A stretch of DNA of 64,000 nt from an uncultured Aliarcobacter sp. (lineage in GTDB: Bacteria > Campylobacterota > Campylobacteria > Campylobacterales > Arcobacteraceae): positions 320,001 to 384,000 of the forward strand of contig OY781945.1 of the NCBI GenBank assembly GCA_963677435.1, in the 5' to 3' direction. Every line of letters begins with the position of its first letter. The stretch's first letter is position 1. Made by a program: the position numbers and the translations under genes. The notes under the pieces were generated by a model that searched no databases, was not told where the DNA came from, and was given only the letters and a program-made list of their open reading frames with translations. Of the stretch, positions 1-9,880 are shown piece after piece.

Positions 1-386
1 AGTCTTGCACCAAATCCTGCAATTATTCCACCAATTAGGGCTTGTGCTATTCTGATTTTACTAGCAGGCATTCTAAGTTTTACATTATTTCCCCAAAATG
101 CAGCAGCAATACAACCAGCAAACATACCAATAATCATAACACCATCAATTCGTGTTAAACTATTGCCATCCATTTTCATGATTTTATAATATCCCCAATT
201 GCTAATATCAACACCAAAAAATTGTAGAATATGTCCACCCCATCTTGTGAATTCACCTGTAACTGCCCAATAAGTTCCTGTTATACCAAAATAGTATGCA
301 GCTAATACACCAAGTGCTATAACAGCAGGTGTTGGTCGCCAAAACCCAACTAAATAGGTTTGTTTAAATTGCTTGAAATAATCCAT
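1..386 (-). CDS. yedE: YedE/FdhT-family (YeeE/YedE) membrane protein, 5' part only (runs off window)
   Basis: Manual translation from ATG 386 (RBS AGGAG): MDYFKQFKQTYLVGFWRPTPAVIALGVLAAYYFGITGTYWAVTGEFTRWGGH...GGIIAGFGARL; WAVTGEFTRWGGH is typical of YedE. Confidence 0.85.
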   Translation of the reverse strand, partial: MDYFKQFKQTYLVGFWRPTPAVIALGVLAAYYFGITGTYWAVTGEFTRWGGHILQFFGVDISNWGYYKIMKMDGNSLTRIDGVMIIGMFAGCIAAAFWGNNVKLRMPASKIRIAQALIGGIIAGFGAR

Positions 387-545
387 TCAATTTTCTCCTA
401 ACAATATGTTTTATTTTTGAAATTTTGGATAAATCTTTTATAGTTTAAAAGTATCCTGATTAATTGATGAGATTAAAATATTTTGTATCTCTATTTGTAC
501 CACAAATCTGTTGGAATATTAATAGAAATTAACTTAATAAGAATT

Positions 546-575
546 AAAAAAGGTAAATATTATTTTACCTTTTTT
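546..575 (-). terminator. Intrinsic terminator after the histidine kinase gene (possibly bidirectional)
   Basis: AAAAAAGGTAAA-TATTAT-TTTACCTTTTTT inverted repeat at the HK stop. Confidence 0.7.
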
Positions 576-1776
576 AATTATTTAGAAAAGTAATTTTAAA
601 GGTATTAAACTCATTTTCATAAGAGTAGTCCAACTTAAAATCATGTTTATCAATAATCTTTTTTACAATACTTAAACCTAATCCAAAACCATCCCTTTGA
701 GATAATTCTTGTGTAAAGGGTTTTAAGTAATACTCTATCTCTTTTGATAGTTTTTTACCTTTATTTGAAATGCTTATCTCTTTTTCATTTGCTTCAATAA
801 TTATTGGGAAGGATATAGCATATTTTAATGCATTGTCAATTAGATTTTTAAGAGCCACTGATAAGTAGTGTAAATCACCTGAAATCTTAAAATTATCAAC
901 TATATTTATATCTATTTTTGACTCATCTTCTAAATAGAGTTTTCCAAGTGATTCTACAATTAGAGTTTCAGCTGTGAAATTTGTAAGATTTAGTTTTGTA
1001 AGATCCAATTTTTCAAGTTCTATTAACTCATTTGTTAAAATTTCTAAATCAGAAAATATCTTTTTCAATAACTCTTTTTGGGAAAAATCATCTATTTTTT
1101 CAATAGCAAATTTACCTTTTGCAATAGGAGTTCGAAGTTCATGTCCAATATCTCTTAAGAGTTCTTCTCTTGTTTTTATAGAGTTTTCAAGGGAAGTAGC
1201 CATTTTATTAAAGGTAGTTGCCAAAACTCCTATTTCGTCTTTTGAAGATATATCTAACCTACTTGATAAATCACCATTTGCAAAATTTGTCAGCTGTTTG
1301 GTTATGACTTTTAAAGGTGATAGTAGTTTTATTAGATATAAAAAGATTAGAATTAAAACAAAAATATCTGTAAAAACAAGAATATTTAATATTAATTTAT
1401 CGACTATATTTTTTTCATCTGGAGATTCTAAAATATACTCTTCATCTAAATATTTTATTTTTATAATAAATTCATCATCAAAGGATTTTTTTAGAATTAT
1501 AATATTTCCAAAAGTGAGCCTATTATCATATAAAACTTCATAGTCTTTCTCATTTTTTATGCTTTTTTTATATTCTAAATCATAAATTTTAATTAACTTA
1601 TCTAATTGATTTTTATTTTCGATATTTTCAAATAGTTCATTTGAGATTTTTATATATTTTTCTTTTACTAAACTATCTACTCTTTTTGAATTGATGCTAT
1701 CAATCCAAAAACCAATAATAGACATAAGAGTTAAACTAATGATAAATAAAATTGATATTTTTTTAAAAATTGACAT
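574..1776 (-). CDS. Membrane sensor histidine kinase (HAMP-HisKA-HATPase)
   Basis: Two TM segments, HAMP (SKDEIGVLATTFNKM), H-box GHELRTP, N-box NLIDNALKY, G-box GFGLGLSIV. Confidence 0.95.
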   Translation of the reverse strand: MSIFKKISILFIISLTLMSIIGFWIDSINSKRVDSLVKEKYIKISNELFENIENKNQLDKLIKIYDLEYKKSIKNEKDYEVLYDNRLTFGNIIILKKSFDDEFIIKIKYLDEEYILESPDEKNIVDKLILNILVFTDIFVLILIFLYLIKLLSPLKVITKQLTNFANGDLSSRLDISSKDEIGVLATTFNKMATSLENSIKTREELLRDIGHELRTPIAKGKFAIEKIDDFSQKELLKKIFSDLEILTNELIELEKLDLTKLNLTNFTAETLIVESLGKLYLEDESKIDINIVDNFKISGDLHYLSVALKNLIDNALKYAISFPIIIEANEKEISISNKGKKLSKEIEYYLKPFTQELSQRDGFGLGLSIVKKIIDKHDFKLDYSYENEFNTFKITFLNN

Positions 1777-1777
1777 T

Positions 1778-2443
1778 TTACCCTACGAACTTATAACCAA
1801 TACCCCAAACAGATTTGATATATTTAGGATTCTTTGAGTCATCACCAATTTTATATCTAATATTTGAAATATGCATATCAATTGTTCTATTTTTTGTGTT
1901 TTCATCCAATGAAGTTGCATGTAATATCTGCTCTCTTGATGATATTTTATTTATATTATCAATTAAAAATATAAATATTTCAAACTCTATTTTTGTTAAA
2001 TCTATTGGAAAATCATCTAAAATTACAGTTCTATTATCTTTATCAATTACAAATTCACCAATGGTAAGTTTATTTGATAAATTCTTTTTTAAAATATGTT
2101 CAATTCTTAAAACAAGCTCTCTTGGTTCATAGGGTTTTGCTAAATAGTCATCGGCTCCAAGCTCAAAACCATGAATTTTATTTCCTATATCACCCCTTGC
2201 AGAGGAGATGATAATAGGAATATCTTTTATCTGTTTTAGTTTTTTAAATAAATCAAATCCATCAATATCAGGAAGCATTAAATCAAGAATTATTATTGCG
2301 TAGTCATTTTGCATTTTGAAGTTTTCAAGGGCATCTTTTGGATGTGAAAAAGCAGTACAAGTAAAATCATAATCTTGTAGATATTCAACTATTAATTTTT
2401 GCATTTGTAAATCATCTTCTATTAATAAAACATTTTTACTCAA
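1778..2443 (-). CDS. OmpR/PhoB-family response regulator
   Basis: LLIEDD, DLMLP, GADDYLAKP and winged helix RTIDMHISNIR...SVWGIGYK; start placed at TTG 2443 behind GAGGAG. Confidence 0.93.
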   Translation of the reverse strand: MSKNVLLIEDDLQMQKLIVEYLQDYDFTCTAFSHPKDALENFKMQNDYAIIILDLMLPDIDGFDLFKKLKQIKDIPIIISSARGDIGNKIHGFELGADDYLAKPYEPRELVLRIEHILKKNLSNKLTIGEFVIDKDNRTVILDDFPIDLTKIEFEIFIFLIDNINKISSREQILHATSLDENTKNRTIDMHISNIRYKIGDDSKNPKYIKSVWGIGYKFVG

Positions 2444-2822
2444 TTTCCCACTCCTCAAGATATTTTGAAAACTTTTCTCTTTGCTTTTCATCTAAAATCA
2501 TATGTATTTTTTTAAGTTTTTCGATTTCTAAAAAAGAGGCTTTCGTTTTTAAATCAGTTAAAATTTCAAAATATAATTTATCATCAAAAACATTATCTTC
2601 TATTATATCTTTTAGTTTATCTTCTTTATCTTTTTTATATTCATAGAATTTTTTATATTTGTATTTAAACTCGATTAAAACCTCTTTTATATCTTTTTTT
2701 TGTTGAGGATTTAAATCCAAATACTCAAGGTTTTTGTAGGAATATTTGCCATGTTTATCATCACTAGCATTTAAAAATAAAAAAAAACTACTTAAAAGCA
2801 GAAAGATTTTTAATATTTTCAT
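2436..2822 (-). CDS. Secreted Spy/CpxP-like helical protein
   Basis: Signal peptide; LDLNPQQK and ILDEKQRE resemble LTxxQ motifs; directly upstream of the two-component pair. Confidence 0.6.
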   Translation of the reverse strand: MKILKIFLLLSSFFLFLNASDDKHGKYSYKNLEYLDLNPQQKKDIKEVLIEFKYKYKKFYEYKKDKEDKLKDIIEDNVFDDKLYFEILTDLKTKASFLEIEKLKKIHMILDEKQREKFSKYLEEWEIE

Positions 2823-3906
2823 TATCAATTAATCCTTTTTCTATATCTGTATGGCAAGCTTTGCAGTTTGCTTTACTTTTTACTTTTTCATTATCAAAAA
2901 TCTCTTTTGGTATATCTTTATGGGTTTTTTCCCAATAAGTTGTTTTAGTCATAGCAATAATATCTTTGTCACCAATTGAGTTTAAAAACTTCCAACTGCT
3001 TTTCATACTTGAGGTCTCAGCACTATTTTTAAGTAAAAAAGCCAAGATATTTTTATTTAACTCTTCATCTATTGAAGCATCATCACCAAAGTGATTTTCT
3101 AAATTGCTCATGATTGATTCCCAAGACTTTTTTGGTAAAAGGTTTGGAGGATACAAAGTGTGACATGAAGCACACTCATTTACAAAGGCTGCATTTTGTG
3201 TTTGATAATCTACAGGTTTGTAAATTGATGAGGTTAAGATATTAGTTGGTTTGTAAAGATTAAAACATAAAAAACCGATAAAAAATATAAACATAGTTCC
3301 TGCAAATACTTTTTGATAGATGTTTAATTTTATACTTTCATCATCATTTGTAACTTTATAACCTGTAATTATAGAATTAAGAGTTTCATGTTTTTTATGA
3401 AGTAATCTATCAACTAAAATACCTGAAAGGTGGGCAATTATTAAAGCTATAAAAAGATTTGATAAGAGTTCATGTATCTCTTTGAAAAGTTTCATATCTT
3501 TAAAATATGAACTATTTAAAAAAGCTAAAATACCTTTTCCCTCTTGAACACCAAAGGCTAAAATACCTGTAAGTATTGTTAAAAAAGCCACAATAAACAT
3601 GGCAATTAATACATAAGAGGCCAAGGGATTGTGACCAATATATTTTTGTTTTTCTTCAAATATATTTTTTAGAAAATCTTTTGAACTTTGAAGATTTGCT
3701 GGGAAATCCTTAAATAATGAATATTTAGGTCCAAAAAATCCCCAAAAAGCTCTAAAAATAAGAAGTATTAATACTGCATATCCTGCAATTGCATGATAGT
3801 TTAATAATTTAGCTTCATCATCACTTAAAAAAGCTAATAAAATAAATAGTACAAAAAGCCAGTGAAAAACTCTAGTTGGCATTGACCAAATGTATGATTT
3901 TTTCAT
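2788..3906 (-). CDS. Cytochrome b fused to a C-terminal diheme cytochrome c (DHC) domain
   Basis: N-terminal WSMPTRVFHW, GHNPL, IHE TM cytochrome b; C-terminal ECASCH and CKACH heme motifs, LENHFGDDAS. Confidence 0.88.
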   Translation of the reverse strand: MKKSYIWSMPTRVFHWLFVLFILLAFLSDDEAKLLNYHAIAGYAVLILLIFRAFWGFFGPKYSLFKDFPANLQSSKDFLKNIFEEKQKYIGHNPLASYVLIAMFIVAFLTILTGILAFGVQEGKGILAFLNSSYFKDMKLFKEIHELLSNLFIALIIAHLSGILVDRLLHKKHETLNSIITGYKVTNDDESIKLNIYQKVFAGTMFIFFIGFLCFNLYKPTNILTSSIYKPVDYQTQNAAFVNECASCHTLYPPNLLPKKSWESIMSNLENHFGDDASIDEELNKNILAFLLKNSAETSSMKSSWKFLNSIGDKDIIAMTKTTYWEKTHKDIPKEIFDNEKVKSKANCKACHTDIEKGLIDNENIKNLSAFK

Positions 3907-3917
3907 TAATTACCCTT

Positions 3918-4430
3918 TTAATCTTCCCATCTACCAAAGTTTGGGATTTTTATATCTCTTTCCCCATAGATTCCTTTATCAGCTGTCGTATGACAAGCAA
4001 CACAATTAAATAAACCTTTAACTTCAGGTTGTGTAATCATATTTTTTCTAAGTTCCCTATGTTTTTGTACCATATAAGGAGTTGTTGAAATAGAATCAGG
4101 AATTTGTCCAGCTGGAATACTTGAAACAATTCTGTTACTTCTTTTATATTGCATATTTTTTTCTGCACTATTATCTTCTAAATATTTTGATAAAGTTTGG
4201 AAATCTTCAGGTGCAAGTGAGGCATCTGTTCCAAAATGTTTATCTAAATTTTTCATTATTTTAGTCCAAGCATTAGCTGGAAGTAATCCTGGTTGATAAG
4301 CAAAATGGCAAGATGCACATTCATTTACATATAACTGATTATTTACAGGTGCTACATCTGTTTTAGCAGATGAATAAGACCCTGCAAATAAAAAGTTTAT
4401 AGCTATTGCTAAGAAAATTAAATATTTCAT
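3918..4430 (-). CDS. Diheme cytochrome c (DHC)
   Basis: Signal peptide; ECASCHFAYQPGLLP, HFGTDASL and NCVACH. Confidence 0.9.
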   Translation of the reverse strand: MKYLIFLAIAINFLFAGSYSSAKTDVAPVNNQLYVNECASCHFAYQPGLLPANAWTKIMKNLDKHFGTDASLAPEDFQTLSKYLEDNSAEKNMQYKRSNRIVSSIPAGQIPDSISTTPYMVQKHRELRKNMITQPEVKGLFNCVACHTTADKGIYGERDIKIPNFGRWED

Positions 4431-4441
4431 GATTTATCCTT

Positions 4442-4843
4442 TTATTTATTTATGATGTAAGTTGTTACATCACCTTTTTCAAGTGCAGTTCCCTCACGAT
4501 TATAAACATCGTTGAAGTTTCTTTTCATCCATTTTTCAATCTCTTTAATATCAGTAAATCTTTTTGGATTTGCTTTTGGAGAAAGTGGTTCGATTGTTTT
4601 TCCTGTGAAAGTGTTTTCTCCACTATTATTAAGATTAATAGTGTGACAAGTTGTACATGAAATCTCTTTGCCTTTTTTACCAATATGTTTTGATGTGAAA
4701 ATCTCTTCACCTCGTTTGGCATCAAAAGTTGTGAAATTTGGATTAACTTTTAAAACTTCTTGTTTTAAAGAGTTAAGATAATCATCAACAACACTTGCGA
4801 AAGTTAAATTTAGAAATAGGGCTGTTAGGAGTAGAATTCTCAT
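4442..4843 (-). CDS. Sphaeroides heme protein (SHP)/DUF1924-like monoheme cytochrome c
   Basis: Signal peptide, SCTTCH, TGKTIEPLSPKANPKRFTD...EKW..RN; first gene of the shp-dhc-cytb order. Confidence 0.85.
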   Translation of the reverse strand: MRILLLTALFLNLTFASVVDDYLNSLKQEVLKVNPNFTTFDAKRGEEIFTSKHIGKKGKEISCTTCHTINLNNSGENTFTGKTIEPLSPKANPKRFTDIKEIEKWMKRNFNDVYNREGTALEKGDVTTYIINK

Positions 4844-4913
4844 TTTGTTATACCTCTGCTTTTTATATAACAGAAGTATAAGGGAATAGTTTAAAGTTTT
4901 TTTGTTATTTTTC

Positions 4914-4931
4914 TTGACAATTTCTTTACAA
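4914..4931 (-). promoter_or_regulatory. Direct-repeat operator upstream of the shp operon (OmpR-type box candidate)
   Basis: Minus strand TTGTAAAGAAATTGTCAA, 17/18 identical to 7689-7706; -10-like TATACT starts at 4880. Confidence 0.6.
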
Positions 4932-5285
4932 AGAGTCTGTTAGTACAATTGCCCAAGTTACAATAAAAATAAAGATACTTAAAAATACTATAGCACTTCC
5001 CACATCTTTAGCTCGTCCTGCCATGTCATGATGTTCAAGTGTTACTAAATCTACAACTCGCTCAATTGCACTATTTATAGTCTCTGCTAGGATCATTCCC
5101 ATTAAAGTAATAAACATTAAAGCTTTATTTGTAAGAGTTGCATCTATAAATATTATTACAGGAAGTAAAATAATAGTTATAATTAACTCTATTTTAAAAG
5201 AAGTTTCTGTTTTGATTAAATCAATTAAACCTTTTAATGCATAAGAGGTATTTTTAAAAAAATTATATTTGGGTTGATTTCTCAA
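4926..5285 (-). CDS. dgkA: Diacylglycerol kinase
   Basis: AETINSAIERVVD and AGRAKDVGSA motifs, 119 aa, hydrophobic. Confidence 0.93.
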   Translation of the reverse strand: MRNQPKYNFFKNTSYALKGLIDLIKTETSFKIELIITIILLPVIIFIDATLTNKALMFITLMGMILAETINSAIERVVDLVTLEHHDMAGRAKDVGSAIVFLSIFIFIVTWAIVLTDSL

Positions 5286-5970
5286 TCTTATCCTTTTGTT
5301 TAAATTGTGTGCATTTTACTATTATTAAGATAATAAGCCAAGCCATTAACATTGTAATTATTGTATGACTTAAAAAGTGGTCACCTAAAAGCATCTTATA
5401 TGTCCCCATACTCCAACCAACTATTAAAGCAGCAACTAATGCTCTTTTTTGATTTTTTGGTGTTTTAAATAGGAAAAATAGCGCCATTAAGGCAAAACCA
5501 CCACTAGCATGACCTGCTGGCCAGCATCTTACTTTTGAAGTTTGTACAAAATCTTTTGGGTAAGAGTCAAATACTTTATGTTCAGGATAAGTTCCATCAA
5601 AATGAGTAATATTTGCAGGACAAGGAGTATTTGTAACAGCTTTTAATGAACCTATAATTAAAGGTACAAAAATAGCTGATAATAAAACAATAATCAAACC
5701 CTTTTTGTATTCTTGAACAAATCTTTTATTTCTTAAAAAAATTAAAGATAATAAAATAAGTACAGCAAATAAAATCAGTAAATTTTTAATTCCAGAATAA
5801 AAGAACAATCTTAATAAGGGTTCGTTTTTATCTATTAACCAATTTTTTGTATCAAAGTTATAAAAAAAGTTTTGAACAAATATATCTAATTCACTGAATT
5901 GAAAAAGCGTAATTACAGCTATTAATAAAATAGCTGTAATTATCATTTGTTTATTGAGAGATTTTAGCAT
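5263..5970 (-). CDS. PAP2-family membrane phosphatase
   Basis: LK...TPCP, CWPAGHASGG and GDHFLSH motifs, multiple TMs. Confidence 0.88.
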   Translation of the reverse strand: MLKSLNKQMIITAILLIAVITLFQFSELDIFVQNFFYNFDTKNWLIDKNEPLLRLFFYSGIKNLLILFAVLILLSLIFLRNKRFVQEYKKGLIIVLLSAIFVPLIIGSLKAVTNTPCPANITHFDGTYPEHKVFDSYPKDFVQTSKVRCWPAGHASGGFALMALFFLFKTPKNQKRALVAALIVGWSMGTYKMLLGDHFLSHTIITMLMAWLIILIIVKCTQFKQKDKIEKSTQI

Positions 5971-7567
5971 TATTTATTATGTCCATGTCTTTTTTATAAA
6001 CATCCGTTTTTACTTCGAATAAACCTAAAAGTGTATGAAATAGATTATCTTGTGAAAATCGTTCATTTTTATAACTATTTAGTTTATCTGTATCAATTTC
6101 TTTTTTTATTTCTCCACCAAACCACATAAGTGATCCAATATGTTTTTGTTCTTCAGGTGCCATAAAATATGGTAAACCATGTAAATAAATTCCATTTTCA
6201 CCCAAACTTTCACCATGATCACTCATGTAAACCATTCCAGTTTCATAATCATTAGAATATGGTTTTAAGAAATTAATTACTTTTGATAAAAAATAATCTG
6301 TGTATAAAATTGCATTATCATAAGCATTACTTACTTCTTCTTGAGAGCAAGCTTCTAATTGATTTGTTTTACAAACTGGTGTGAATTTTTCAAACTCTTT
6401 TGGATATCTTTTATAATAAGCAGGTCCATGATTTCCCATTTGGTGTAGAACTATCAAAATGTCTTTCCCTTGATTGTTTTTAATATACTCATCAAGTCCA
6501 ACTAACATTCCCACATCTCTACATTCATCATCTTCACAGATAGTGTTTGTTTTAGATGTTCTGTAATCTTCAAAATCTACTCTTAGAGCAACACCTTTTG
6601 AATCAGAGTTGTTATCTCTCCATAGAATTTTTATATCATTTGTATGTTTTAAAACATCTATAACATTTTCAGTGGTTATTCCTTTTTTGTAATCATAATC
6701 TGCTTTGTCAAAAATTGAAAACATACATGGAACTGATTCAGCTGTTGATGTTCCACATGAATACATATTTGAGAAATTTATAACATCCTCTTGTTTGAGT
6801 AAAGGATTTGTCTCTTTCTTATATCCATTTAATGAGAATCTATCAGCTCGTGCTGCTTCTCCAACAACCATAATAATCAACTCTTTTTTTTCAAGTTGAT
6901 TATTTGTATCTTTTGTTATACTTGCATCTTTACCAATTGGTTTAACTACAATTGGTCCACTTGTAATAGTTTTATTAATATAATTCCCAATACTATAAAT
7001 CCAATAGATAGGATTTACATGGTATCTTAGTGGTTTATGCTCTCTAAAAAATGAAGTGTAAAATTTACTAAAACTAAATAATACAACTAAAATAATCGCT
7101 AAAGATAAAAATAAAGTTTTTAGTTTTGCAAAAACTTCTTGTTTAAATGGTTTGTATTCAATTTTAGTTTTAACAATTGCAAATGAGGGAATTATTGCTA
7201 AAAATAGAACATAAATAATCAGTTTGTAGCTAAATAAATCAGATGATTCACTTAAATTTGTTTGTAAAGTATTTCTAATCATACTATCATCAATAACTAT
7301 ATGATAGGTATCCATAAAATAAGCAGTAAATGCTGAGACAACAAATGTAATTATTAAAAGAGGTTTTGTTGTATATTTAGATGAAAAAAGTGTAAATAAG
7401 AATATAATAAAACTTATTAGTATAGTAAAAATGGAAAAAATATAAATTATATTCAGTCCTTCAAATGTATATGTATTTAATACATTTTTAAAAAATGAGA
7501 AATTGTAAAATATTGCAAAAAATATTGCACTAATTAAGATTAGTCTATATTGAGAAATTTGTTTCAA
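5951..7567 (-). CDS. eptA: Lipid A phosphoethanolamine transferase (EptA/MCR family)
   Basis: 5 N-terminal TMs; VVGEAARAD, SCGTSTAESVPCMFS, LHQMGNHGPAY, SDHGESLGE, YLHG. Confidence 0.93.
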   Translation of the reverse strand: MKQISQYRLILISAIFFAIFYNFSFFKNVLNTYTFEGLNIIYIFSIFTILISFIIFLFTLFSSKYTTKPLLIITFVVSAFTAYFMDTYHIVIDDSMIRNTLQTNLSESSDLFSYKLIIYVLFLAIIPSFAIVKTKIEYKPFKQEVFAKLKTLFLSLAIILVVLFSFSKFYTSFFREHKPLRYHVNPIYWIYSIGNYINKTITSGPIVVKPIGKDASITKDTNNQLEKKELIIMVVGEAARADRFSLNGYKKETNPLLKQEDVINFSNMYSCGTSTAESVPCMFSIFDKADYDYKKGITTENVIDVLKHTNDIKILWRDNNSDSKGVALRVDFEDYRTSKTNTICEDDECRDVGMLVGLDEYIKNNQGKDILIVLHQMGNHGPAYYKRYPKEFEKFTPVCKTNQLEACSQEEVSNAYDNAILYTDYFLSKVINFLKPYSNDYETGMVYMSDHGESLGENGIYLHGLPYFMAPEEQKHIGSLMWFGGEIKKEIDTDKLNSYKNERFSQDNLFHTLLGLFEVKTDVYKKDMDIINNAKISQ

Positions 7568-7674
7568 TCAAAGCCCTTATGTTTTTTGTTATACTGAATC
7601 ATAATTATATTTAATTAATATTCAATTAACGATAAATTAATTTTTATTCATTATATATGTTTAGTATAAATAGT

Positions 7675-7715
7675 AATTGTAAAATTAGTTTACAATTTCT
7701 TTACAATTATTACAA
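7675..7715 (-). promoter_or_regulatory. Array of AATTGTAA(A) half-sites (direct and inverted) upstream of eptA
   Basis: TTTACAATT at 7689 and 7700 (11-bp period), partial copy at 7709, inverted copy AATTGTAAA at 7675; minus-strand TATAAT starts at 7655. Confidence 0.6.
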
Positions 7716-7806
7716 AAAAATTACGACTTTTTCTTCTTTTAAGGATATATTTGTGCCCTTAAGCTATTTTTTAGTATAATCGCGAAAATTTATAAAAAGA
7801 GAATCA

Positions 7807-9621
7807 ATGAGAGACATTAGAAATATTGCAGTAATTGCACACGTTGACCACGGTAAAACTACGCTAGTAGATGAGTTATTAAAACAATCAGGAACATTTT
7901 CATCGCACCAAAATGTTGATGAAAGAGTAATGGATAGTAATGCTATTGAAAAAGAAAGAGGAATTACTATTCTTTCTAAAAATACAGCTATTGACTATGA
8001 AGGTGTAAGAATTAACATCATTGACACTCCAGGCCATGCTGACTTTGGTGGAGAAGTTGAAAGGGTATTAAAAATGGTTGATTCTGTTTTATTACTTGTA
8101 GATGCACAAGAAGGTGTTATGCCTCAAACTAAATTCGTCGTTAAAAAAGCTTTATCTTTAGGACACAGACCAATCGTTGTTATTAATAAAATTGACAAAC
8201 CAGGTGGAGATCCAGATAGAGTTGTTGATGAAGTATTTGACCTTTTTGCACAAATGGATGCAACTGAAGAACAATTAGATTTCCCAGTTGTTTATGCAGC
8301 TGCAAGAGATGGTTATGCAAAAATGTCTTTATCTGATGAAAATAAAGATTTAACTCCATTATTTCAAACAATTTTAACAGAAGTTCCAAAACCAGTAGGT
8401 TCTGATGAAAATGGTTTACAACTTCAAGTATTTACACTTGACTATGATAACTTCATTGGAAAAATCGGAATCGCTAGAATCTTCAACGGTACTATTTCAA
8501 TGGGAGAAACAGTTTTATTAGTAAAAGCTGATGGTGAAAAAATCAAAGGTAGAGTTACTAAACTTATCGGATTTAAAGGTATGGATAGATTTGATATTAA
8601 AACAGCTGGTACAGGTGATATTGTTGCCGTTGCTGGTTTTGAAACTATTGATGTTGGAGATTCACTTTGTGATCCAACAAATCCAATGCCACTTGACCCT
8701 ATGCACATTGAAGAGCCAACTCTTTCTGTAACATTTGCTGTAAATGATTCTCCATTAGCAGGAACTGAAGGTAAATTTGTTACTTCAAATAAAATCAACG
8801 AAAGATTAGCAGCTGAAATGAACACTAACATTGCTATGAATTATGAGCAAATTGGTGAAGGTAAATTTAAAGTAAACGGAAGAGGTGAGCTTCAAATTTG
8901 TATCTTAGCAGAAAATATGAGAAGAGAAGGTTTTGAGTTCTGTATCGGAAGACCAGAGGTTATTACTAAAGTTGAAGATGGTGTTAAAATGGAGCCATTT
9001 GAGCATTTAGTTATCGATTTACCTGATGAGCATACAGGTGCTATTATTGAAAAACTTGGAAAAAGAAAAGCTAATATGACAAATATGGTACCAATGGGTG
9101 CTGGTTATACAAGATTAGAGTTTGAAATTCCAGCTAGAGGTTTAATTGGTATTAGAACTGAGTTCTTAACTGAAACTAAAGGTGAGGGTGTTATGAATCA
9201 CTCATTCTTAGAATTTAGACCATACTCAGGAATGGTTGAGTCAAGAAAATATGGAGCATTAGTTTCTATGGAAGCTGGAGAAGCCGTTGGTTATTCAATC
9301 TTCAACTTACAAGATAGAGGTATTATGTTTGTTAAACCTCAAGATAAAGTATATGTTGGTATGGTTATTGGTCAACATGCAAAAGATAATGATTTAGATG
9401 TTAACCCAACTAAAGGTAAAGCTCAATCAAATGTTAGATCTTCTGGTGCTGATGAAGCTATTAAATTAGTTCCACCAAGATCTATGTCTTTAGAAAATGC
9501 ATTAGAGTGGATTGAAGAAGATGAATCAGTTGAAATTACACCTATCTCTATTAGAGTTAGAAAAAGAGAACTTGATCCAACAGTTAGAAAAAGAACTGCA
9601 AAAAAAGAGAAATATAATTAG
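7807..9621 (+). CDS. typA: Translational GTPase TypA/BipA
   Basis: [54 protein letters not shown] at 7775. Confidence 0.98.
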   Translation: MRDIRNIAVIAHVDHGKTTLVDELLKQSGTFSSHQNVDERVMDSNAIEKERGITILSKNTAIDYEGVRINIIDTPGHADFGGEVERVLKMVDSVLLLVDAQEGVMPQTKFVVKKALSLGHRPIVVINKIDKPGGDPDRVVDEVFDLFAQMDATEEQLDFPVVYAAARDGYAKMSLSDENKDLTPLFQTILTEVPKPVGSDENGLQLQVFTLDYDNFIGKIGIARIFNGTISMGETVLLVKADGEKIKGRVTKLIGFKGMDRFDIKTAGTGDIVAVAGFETIDVGDSLCDPTNPMPLDPMHIEEPTLSVTFAVNDSPLAGTEGKFVTSNKINERLAAEMNTNIAMNYEQIGEGKFKVNGRGELQICILAENMRREGFEFCIGRPEVITKVEDGVKMEPFEHLVIDLPDEHTGAIIEKLGKRKANMTNMVPMGAGYTRLEFEIPARGLIGIRTEFLTETKGEGVMNHSFLEFRPYSGMVESRKYGALVSMEAGEAVGYSIFNLQDRGIMFVKPQDKVYVGMVIGQHAKDNDLDVNPTKGKAQSNVRSSGADEAIKLVPPRSMSLENALEWIEEDESVEITPISIRVRKRELDPTVRKRTAKKEKYN

Positions 9622-9694
9622 TCGTAAGAAATTTTCTATAAGCGAGACTTAAAGCTTTAGCTTTAATGTTGAGAAAAAAAGAGAAATATAATTA
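9600..9694 (+). repeat. 21-bp direct repeat of the typA 3' end flanking a 53-bp palindrome-containing spacer
   Basis: AAAAAAAGAGAAATATAATTA at 9600-9620 and 9674-9694; spacer holds TTAAAGCT-TT-AGCTTTAA. Confidence 0.75.
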
Positions 9695-9720
9695 ATTTTA
9701 ACTTTTTTGTTATTTTATGA

Positions 9721-9754
9721 AAGGGAGAGGATATTTTATCCTCTCCCTTTTTTT
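9721..9754 (+). terminator. Intrinsic terminator of typA
   Basis: AAGGGAGAGGATA-TTT-TATCCTCTCCCTT followed by T-run. Confidence 0.9.
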
Positions 9755-9783
9755 ATATCCTATACAGAATAAACATGCACTGA

Positions 9784-9801
9784 TGTACAATAATTATACA
9801 G
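9784..9801 (+). promoter_or_regulatory. Palindromic regulator-site candidate of ATP-grasp operon 1
   Basis: TGTACAATAATTATACAG; matches motif at 22806-22823; -10-like TACATT at 9833. Confidence 0.55.
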
Positions 9802-9880
9802 TCAAATAATTGAATTAAGGAATTATTTAGTTTACATTTAGATAAATAAGACTAGAATTTATTAGTTCAGGAGGTGTAAA

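Noticed and set aside
9784..9801. Motif as a NifA (TGT-N10-ACA), NtcA (GTA-N8-TAC) or LexA box
   Set aside because: Spacing is one base longer (TGT-N11-ACA), so the regulator is left unassigned
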